NCBI GenBank assembly: GCA_963706955.1 | Contig: CAVPOC010000006.1 | Coordinates: 128,001 to 192,000, forward strand | Direction of reading: 5' to 3' | Source of the DNA: an uncultured Verrucomicrobiae bacterium | GTDB lineage: Bacteria > Verrucomicrobiota > Verrucomicrobiia > Chthoniobacterales > Terrimicrobiaceae | DNA length: 64,000 nt | Shown: piece by piece, positions 57,507 through 64,000 of the stretch | Layout of the letters: the number at the start of each line of letters is the position of its first letter | How positions within the stretch are numbered: position 1 is the stretch's first letter | Program-made: the position numbers and the translations under genes | Notes under the pieces: generated by a model | The model's database searches: none | Told to the model about the DNA's origin: nothing | The model's input: the letters and a program-made list of their open reading frames with translations, nothing else

Positions 57507-58667
57507 TTAGATCGCTTTGAGCGCAGAGATGACCGGCAATCTGGCTGCTCGGATCGCCGGCAGCAAGCTGCCGATTAGACCGACCACAATCGAAAAAGCC
57601 ATTCCTTGCACGATCAGCATCGGCGTAATCCGAAAATCGAATACGGTTTCACTAAACGTCTCAAAGCTTAGGGTTCCGACACTCCAGCCGTTGAAGACAA
57701 GAGAGAAGATGCATCCGAGGACTCCACCGATAAGGGCGAGGAGAGCTCCTTCGAGGAGAAAACCAACGAGGATGCTCTTCCTTCTGTATCCAAGAACTCG
57801 CAGTGTTCCGATCTCTCGCGTGCGGGCTCCGACAGCTGCATACATAGTGTTCATCGCCGAGAAGACCGCGCCGATGGACATGGTACTCGCCAGAAAGCTG
57901 CCGAGAATTTTAATCAGTCTCACGGCGCCGATCTGCTCCTTATAATATTCAACCTCCGGCAATGCTCGCATCTTAAACCGCTTATCATTCTCCAACTGAG
58001 CGACAATCCTTTCACGGGCTTCACTGTTCTCCGGTCGCAAGAGAACGCTCGAATAGTTTTCCCGGTCGAAGATCGAGCGCGCTTCATTCGCATCCATCCA
58101 AATCTCGGAATCGAAAGCGCTTCGCCCGGCGTCAAAAAAACCGACAATCGTGAGTGTGGCCGGTCCGGTGGTAAAGGACTGTCCGATTTGCATCTCAGCG
58201 AGGCGCGCGGCAAGGCGCTCACTGATGACGACTTCGCGCCTTCCTGGAGTGAACCAACGGCCCTGGGTGAGCTGAACCTGAGGTCGGAGAAGCGCTCCCA
58301 TTGGAGAGACTCCCCGAACGATCGCATTGGCTTCACCCCCTCCGACGCGGGGGACATTGATCACCAAGCTCAAGTCGCTTGATGCCAGAGGCACACCCGC
58401 GGAGTCACGCTCGATTCCCTCAACGTAACGGATGATCCGATATTGTTCGGAGGTGATCTGACTGGTCGACTCTGCAGTGGCGCCGCGACGGACAACGAGG
58501 AGGTTCCGAGGGTCCCCCGTGTTTCCACTTGATTTTTCCAAACCAACGGCGAGCGACTGGATGACCACATAAACAGCCACGACCAGCGCGGTGCAAAGAA
58601 CCGTTGCCAGGGTGGCACGCCAACGAACGAGAACGCTGCGAAGATTATAAGTGAGCGGCAGTTTCAT
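57507..58667 (-). CDS. MacB/FtsX family ABC transporter permease
   Basis: RTREIGTLRVLG, PAIRAA. Confidence 0.9.
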   Translation of the reverse strand: MKLPLTYNLRSVLVRWRATLATVLCTALVVAVYVVIQSLAVGLEKSSGNTGDPRNLLVVRRGATAESTSQITSEQYRIIRYVEGIERDSAGVPLASSDLSLVINVPRVGGGEANAIVRGVSPMGALLRPQVQLTQGRWFTPGRREVVISERLAARLAEMQIGQSFTTGPATLTIVGFFDAGRSAFDSEIWMDANEARSIFDRENYSSVLLRPENSEARERIVAQLENDKRFKMRALPEVEYYKEQIGAVRLIKILGSFLASTMSIGAVFSAMNTMYAAVGARTREIGTLRVLGYRRKSILVGFLLEGALLALIGGVLGCIFSLVFNGWSVGTLSFETFSETVFDFRITPMLIVQGMAFSIVVGLIGSLLPAIRAARLPVISALKAI

Positions 58668-58693
58668 GGCGATGCGAGATGTCGTGTTCCAGA

Positions 58694-59824
58694 TCAATCG
58701 AGCGTCTTCAACCCTTCGACGACGCTCATGCGGGTAACCGACCAGGCGGGAGCAAGCATCGAGATGATTCCGAGCAACCCTCCGATCAAGAAGGCGAGCG
58801 CGGAGATGCGGGGAGTCAGCTCAAAGACAGGGAAAAAGGCGAATTTTCCCGAACTAAAGAGAATGGCGGCCCCGCCGATACCAATGACTGCTCCGGCGAA
58901 AGCCAACCCGAAACTTTCGGCGAGGATGCAAGCCACGAGCTGGTGACGGCGAAATCCGAGCGCCTTCAAGACCGCAAGCTCGCGAAAGCGTTCTCGAATG
59001 GCCATGCTCATGGTGCTAGCCGTGACGAGCGCCAGCGTGAAGACAACAACGGTGCAAATGGAGTTGATCAACAGACTGATGTTTCCCCACATCGAGACAA
59101 AACTCATCTGAAACGCACGCTCCGTCTCGGCGCGGACTTCGGCGGAAGTGTTGGCAAAGGCGGCATTGATCCGCTGAAGAAGATCCGGGACCACCTCGGC
59201 GCTCTCGGCTCGGAGCCACCACATGCCCACCTGGCCCCAATTCTTCATGGCCTCGTCGAAATACTTCTGATGAAACCACATGTTGGTATCATCGATCGTG
59301 CCTTCGTAGATTCCGGCGATGCGAAGCTGGAGGTCGACCGGATAAATTGTTCCGACGAGGGTGACTCGGTCGCCTACCTTGAGGCCATAGCGCTGGGCAG
59401 TGTCCTTGCCGACGATGCACGCGTCTCGAGCGCGTTTCCATTCCTCCAGCTGATCAGCCGGGATTTTGGCCTCGCCAAAGAGTTGCAGAAACTTCTCCGG
59501 ATCGACGGCAAACTGTGCAAAGCCGAGACTGTCATCATCTTTGAACTTTCCTCCGAAAAAGGTGAAGGGGGTGACGGCGGCGACCCCGGGCATTCGCGAA
59601 ATGACTGAAAGTTGTCGAGCGGGTAGAGGGTTGGCCAGGGAAATCTTGTTGCGCACGGCGATGCGCAATGAGGCGCTGACATCCTCAGGAGGAATGGTCA
59701 TTTCCCTGATCGCCACCTGCAGTGTCACAAAGAGGAAGAGGCTGATGGCAACGCTGGCGACAGTTAAAAACGAGCGCCGCTTGTTTCGTAGGGCGTTCTT
59801 GAGGATGAATCCACCGAGCGACAT
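58694..59824 (-). CDS. MacB/FtsX family ABC transporter permease
   Basis: RNKRRSFLT, RERFRELAVLKALGF. Confidence 0.9.
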   Translation of the reverse strand: MSLGGFILKNALRNKRRSFLTVASVAISLFLFVTLQVAIREMTIPPEDVSASLRIAVRNKISLANPLPARQLSVISRMPGVAAVTPFTFFGGKFKDDDSLGFAQFAVDPEKFLQLFGEAKIPADQLEEWKRARDACIVGKDTAQRYGLKVGDRVTLVGTIYPVDLQLRIAGIYEGTIDDTNMWFHQKYFDEAMKNWGQVGMWWLRAESAEVVPDLLQRINAAFANTSAEVRAETERAFQMSFVSMWGNISLLINSICTVVVFTLALVTASTMSMAIRERFRELAVLKALGFRRHQLVACILAESFGLAFAGAVIGIGGAAILFSSGKFAFFPVFELTPRISALAFLIGGLLGIISMLAPAWSVTRMSVVEGLKTLD

Positions 59825-60528
59825 CAAACGACTCCTTGGACTTCTATTTCCGGAAGCAGGCGTCCTTTCTCGAGATGAAGCGAACGCGTTCCATGGCTGG
59901 CAGCTCTCGGGTCATGGGTGACCATGATGACGGTTTTGCCCACCTCGCAGCTGAGCGCACGCAGGATCTCCAGCACGGCTTCGGCAGAGTTGGCGTCAAG
60001 ATTTCCGGTCGGTTCATCGGCGACGATCAAATTGGGATCGGTGACAATCGCACGCGCAATGGCGACGCGTTGCTCCTGTCCGCCGGACAATTGCTTCGGC
60101 AGATGATGCGCTCGATCGGAAAGGCCGACCAAGTCAAGGGCGGCAGCGACCATTTCGCCGCGGCGAGATGCGGAGAGTGCAGTCAAAAGGAGCGGAAGTT
60201 CCACGTTCTCCGCGGCCGTCAGGACGGGGATGAGATTGAAGGTTTGAAAGATGAATCCGACGTTTTCATTTCGCCAATCCGCTAGCTCGGATTCGCTTAG
60301 CTTCGCCACATCGACCCCTTGGACATGGCATTCTCCTTCGGTTGGTCGGTCGATACCGGCGATGATGTGAAGCAAAGTCGATTTGCCGGAGCCGGACGGA
60401 CCCATCAAGGCTAGAAACTCACCGCTCTCGATATCGAAGCTTACGTCATCGAGTGCCCGCACCTCTGTCTCGCCTGCCCCATAAATCTTGAAGAGGTGTC
60501 GAATGGAGACGATCGTATTCATTGGCAA
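59824..60528 (-). CDS. ABC transporter ATP-binding protein (LolD/MacB-type)
   Basis: [30 protein letters not shown]. Confidence 0.95.
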   Translation of the reverse strand: MPMNTIVSIRHLFKIYGAGETEVRALDDVSFDIESGEFLALMGPSGSGKSTLLHIIAGIDRPTEGECHVQGVDVAKLSESELADWRNENVGFIFQTFNLIPVLTAAENVELPLLLTALSASRRGEMVAAALDLVGLSDRAHHLPKQLSGGQEQRVAIARAIVTDPNLIVADEPTGNLDANSAEAVLEILRALSCEVGKTVIMVTHDPRAASHGTRSLHLEKGRLLPEIEVQGVV

Positions 60529-60653
60529 TTCTGGCTTTAGAAGCTTAGAGCGCGCGCGCGTTCATTCAACGGAGGGTTGAAATTCCCTGGGCGACGCGTT
60601 CGCTCGCGCTGGCGGAGCTTCGCCAAGCTGCGCTCGGGCAGAGGGCCCTTTGG

Positions 60654-61130
60654 TTAGGATGGCGGCTGAAGCATGCGCACCTTCGGATCGCGCTGGCGTT
60701 CCAGCTGGTAGATATTTGGCGGCTTGATCGACCTCACTTCAGCTCCTAGCAAAATGAACTCAGGGTAAAATCCATTGCTGGCAGGCTCATAGACGGTATC
60801 GCCGGAAAAGTATCCGGCAAGGCGGTACTCGTAATCGTTATCGGTCCCGAGCTTTCCTTGGGCGCGATCAGGGGCAAGCTTGCGCTGTTCATTCAACATG
60901 ACGAGGCGGGCTGTGCTCCAAGGCTTGCCCGGCTCCCGCACCCAGCCCCACACCTTGTAGTCCACCTTGTACATGCGACGACCGATAAAGTAATTGCCCG
61001 GAGGTTCGCTGCGGATGGATTGACTTGCGGCGGCGCGCCCTGCCGCGGCGGTATCGATTGTTTCGCAACCTGCTAGCGCGATGAGGCTGAGAGCGATGAC
61101 AAGAACGCTTACTCTCACGAGACGCCGCAT
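60654..61130 (-). CDS. hypothetical lipoprotein
   Basis: MRR-hydrophobic-LAGC lipobox. Confidence 0.72.
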   Translation of the reverse strand: MRRLVRVSVLVIALSLIALAGCETIDTAAAGRAAASQSIRSEPPGNYFIGRRMYKVDYKVWGWVREPGKPWSTARLVMLNEQRKLAPDRAQGKLGTDNDYEYRLAGYFSGDTVYEPASNGFYPEFILLGAEVRSIKPPNIYQLERQRDPKVRMLQPPS

Positions 61131-62041
61131 TTCGCCAAAAACGGTTCGATCCATTCCGCAAGCTCCTCTTCGGTTCTGATCTCGAACTCCTCCGTTAACG
61201 CGAATAGATGCCAGGTCTCGTGGTGATTAGCAGCCTGGCCAGGATTTAAGGTAACCACGGGACCGAGAGTTTCGATTTCCAGGATCTCGGAATCGGCAAA
61301 CGTTTCAAAGTTGCAGCCTCCGTCGGGATAAAGCGCTCCGGGGTCATATTCGAAAGTCTTTATGAATAAGCTATCGCTCAGAACATAGCCAATCCACCTC
61401 TCGCGGTGCGCCAGACCAATCTTGATCGGCGGGTAGTCAGCGGCCTGCCTAAGCAGCCAGAACTTCGTTCCCAGTGTGAGCCTCAAGTCGGAAAGGTCTG
61501 TGTATGCCCAAAGAACAACGCCACGGTTTGGCAAGAGGTCGCGCGGATGCACTCCGAGGGGCGGTTGCGGGATGATCTCGAGCCCTTCCGGCCTCATCAC
61601 CGTCAAGGCCCAAGGCGCGAGGGTAATTGGCAGCTCACCTTCGTTTACGACGGTATGGCGTAAAGAAACGCGTGTGCCTTGGGCGGGGCACAAAATGCCC
61701 AGCGTCTTACGAAGCCGCTGTGGCGTCTCCTGAATGGCTTCGACGACGGTTTCTCCGGAGAAATCGTCGTGACGCCAGTTCGCCGGACCATTGTCAAGAT
61801 GATAGCTGAGCGCCGCATCTTCCGGCGCCAGCCAGAGGCGGTGGCCGCCCCTGGATCGCCATTCGGCTTCCCCGGAAGTGCCGATTTGGTTCTCGAATAT
61901 TTTCAGGGTGTTTTCGCCGAAGGGGGTCTTATAGACGAGAATGCGGGGACCCACATCCGTTGTCACGAGCAACTCGAAATCGTCATTGGCGAGCCGAAGG
62001 GTATTGTTCCAACCTTCATAGGAGATGATCTCAGGATTCAT
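61115..62041 (-). CDS. hypothetical protein, galactose mutarotase-like (DUF4380-like)
   Basis: DVGPRI, GGHRLW.APE, YPDGGCNFE, EIETLGP. Confidence 0.7.
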   Translation of the reverse strand: MNPEIISYEGWNNTLRLANDDFELLVTTDVGPRILVYKTPFGENTLKIFENQIGTSGEAEWRSRGGHRLWLAPEDAALSYHLDNGPANWRHDDFSGETVVEAIQETPQRLRKTLGILCPAQGTRVSLRHTVVNEGELPITLAPWALTVMRPEGLEIIPQPPLGVHPRDLLPNRGVVLWAYTDLSDLRLTLGTKFWLLRQAADYPPIKIGLAHRERWIGYVLSDSLFIKTFEYDPGALYPDGGCNFETFADSEILEIETLGPVVTLNPGQAANHHETWHLFALTEEFEIRTEEELAEWIEPFLAKCGVS

Positions 62042-62284
62042 GAGCAGTCATTTGCGCAGTTATCGACCAGTGACGATCGATTGCAAGAGCGTGAACGTTC
62101 AGCGGACACAGACTCGGTTGTCGCACACTCGAACCTGCATGCGACCAGCCCGCGCCTGCGAGCGTATGACGAATCATGTTGGGGATAAACTCTGCCGCGC
62201 TGTTCGATTTGTGCCAGAGCGGGCGCGAGATGTTGCTGAACAGCGGCAGTAAGCATCATTACTTGGCGATGCGCCAGCGGGAAG

Positions 62285-63335
62285 CTAGGCAGCACGATGT
62301 TGGTGTGTCAAGATCAGTCCTGCCACCTGTCGATTGTAGCCGGTGGTCACAATAAGAGCATTTCCTCCACCCGATTCTTCGAGGGCCAGAACCCCAGTGA
62401 TTATCTGCTGCAATGTCGAGCAGGCGAATGATTCACCGAGGACAGATTTGGGAGTCAAAATCCGTGCGGAGGGAAGATACTTGCCAATGCATTTTCGCTC
62501 CAGCAGATCAAACCGGGTGCCCGAGGCGCAGGAGATAAAGAGGTCAACCGGCGATCGTTGCAGAAGTTCTGTGAGCATTGTCTCGAACTTTTTCTCCGCC
62601 TCAGCCTCTATCGAATAAGAATAGCCGGGATGCGTCGCAGATATTCGGCAGCCATTTGCTTTTCCGGTGAGAACGATGGCGGCTGCTCCTTCGGAAAAGA
62701 CGCAAGCGGAGTTGTTGCCGTCCTGGATGAGGCCCCAGCGGCTGTAGGCCTCACAAGTGATCCAATCGAGCTCCTGAGCCGCAGCGACCAGGCACGACTC
62801 TGCCTCGCCCGCGGCGATCAATTCACACGCGGTTTGGACTGCAGAGAGTCCGGCCGCCGCGTCGCCAACCAGGGTGAGCACTTCGCACTCAAGTCCCAAA
62901 CGCGCGGCAATATGGCTCGCCGGCGCATTGTAAACAGTTTCCGGGAAAAGCAGAGGGCTGCCGGCGCCTTCCCCGCGCTCGACGATTTCCGCGAAGAATT
63001 TCCGCGTATACACCACTCCGCCGTCGGAAGATGCAAACACCAGAGCGGTGCGCTTTAACGCCTCGGGCCCCATCTTTGCGGAAGCCACCGCGTCGACCGA
63101 GGCGGTGACCGCTAGGTGGGAAATGATGCTGGAGCGGCGCAAACGCGGCACCGTCGCCGTCTCCTTAACCGAAGTCATCCGGCACACGAAGCACGGGGAG
63201 GCGTCGTCCATCCACCGGGCTCGTGAGGAGTTCGGGTTTCGCCTGGTTATTCCTGCGAATTGCTGACCAAGTCGAGCGGAGATCGCGTCCCCAAGGGGTA
63301 ACCCAACCCATGCCAGCGATCGCTGCGATCATCAC
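62285..63335 (-). CDS. beta-ketoacyl synthase-like protein lacking the catalytic Cys (chain-length-factor-like; frameshift near 63170)
   Basis: IAGMGWVTPWG N-terminus, SPLLFPETVYNAPASH, GDAAAG in place of TACAS, SEGAAA; GTGA overlap. Confidence 0.75.
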
Positions 63336-64000
63336 GAATGTCGTTCCAAGACCACTGCGGCATTGGCGCCGCCGAAGCCAAAGGAATTCGAAACTATCCG
63401 GCGAATCTGACCGGGCCGTATCCTGTTGGCGACGATGTCGAGGGCGAAACTCGGATTGTGTGAAATGGATGTTCGCCGGCAGAAATTCCTCGCGGAGCGC
63501 GAGACAACAGAAGGCGGCCTCGATCGCACCTGCGGCGCCGAGAGCATGGCCGGTCATACTCTTGGTGCTGCTGACGGGAGTATGTGGGCAGAGAGCGAGG
63601 ATGGCGCGCGCTTCACTCGAATCGTTCAGCGGCGTGCCGGTTCCATGGGCATTGATATAGTCAACACTGGCGGGATCAGCATTCGCGGACTCAAGGGCAC
63701 GCCGCATCGCCGTCAATGGTCCCCAGCCCGAGGGATGTGGTTGCGTCAGGTGGTGGGTGTCCGCACTGCTGCCATATCCGGTGATACTGAGATCGGAATC
63801 GTCTTTCTCGAGACAAAATACCGCCGCGCCTTCGCCGAGAGATAGTCCGGTGCGTGCCGCGTCGAAAGGGCGGCATTTCTCAGCCGTGGTCGCGCGGAGA
63901 CAGTCAAATCCTGCAAAAACCAGCTGCGACAAGGCATCATACCCTCCGGCCAGGACGCGGCGCGCACTCCCCACACGAATCATCTCACAGGCAAGCCCCA
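63332..64000 (-). CDS. beta-ketoacyl-ACP synthase (FabF-like), 5' end outside the window, frameshift near 63450
   Basis: CRPFD, GEGAA, INAHGTGT, KSMTGHALGAAG, SNSFGFGG.N. Confidence 0.9.

Noticed and set aside
62038..62295. 85 aa ORF bridging two genes with overlaps at both ends
   Set aside because: The position is suggestive but the sequence is not protein-like; it may be non-coding or frameshifted.

Overview
A GC-rich, gene-dense bacterial chromosome segment. RpoA beginning MPVRLGRFEMPK and the general gene style suggest Verrucomicrobiota, probably Spartobacteria/Chthoniobacterales-like (inference, not verified). Most of it is housekeeping: cimA, rpoA-rplQ, phosphosugar mutase, kamA-like, rpe, tadA, queA, hemL, ligA, rpiB, bioB, xseA, nadA, fabD, glycerate kinase, thrB, lpxK, htrA, a MacB-type ABC exporter, a KAS/KAS-like pair at the right edge and tRNA-Ser(GCT). 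Seven frameshifts in six otherwise intact genes are each repaired by removing one base, which points to long-read insertion errors rather than pseudogenes. The most unusual element is a ~240 bp intergenic stretch (22370-22610, minus strand). It has a sigma54-like and a sigma70-like promoter, a long G-U-supported hairpin with a large internal loop, a second bulged hairpin and an RBS with no start codon. This resembles the non-coding (bridge-RNA-type) end of an IS110 element with no transposase. Other points of interest: a receiver-pseudokinase-TM-FGE fusion in a TPR/HtrA gene cluster, a GH-A/GT2 fusion, a sugar kinase-MurQ fusion, GTAG-type REP palindromes, a decaying accessory island at the tRNA-Ser 3' end, and rpoA-rplQ separated from rpsM/K/D.
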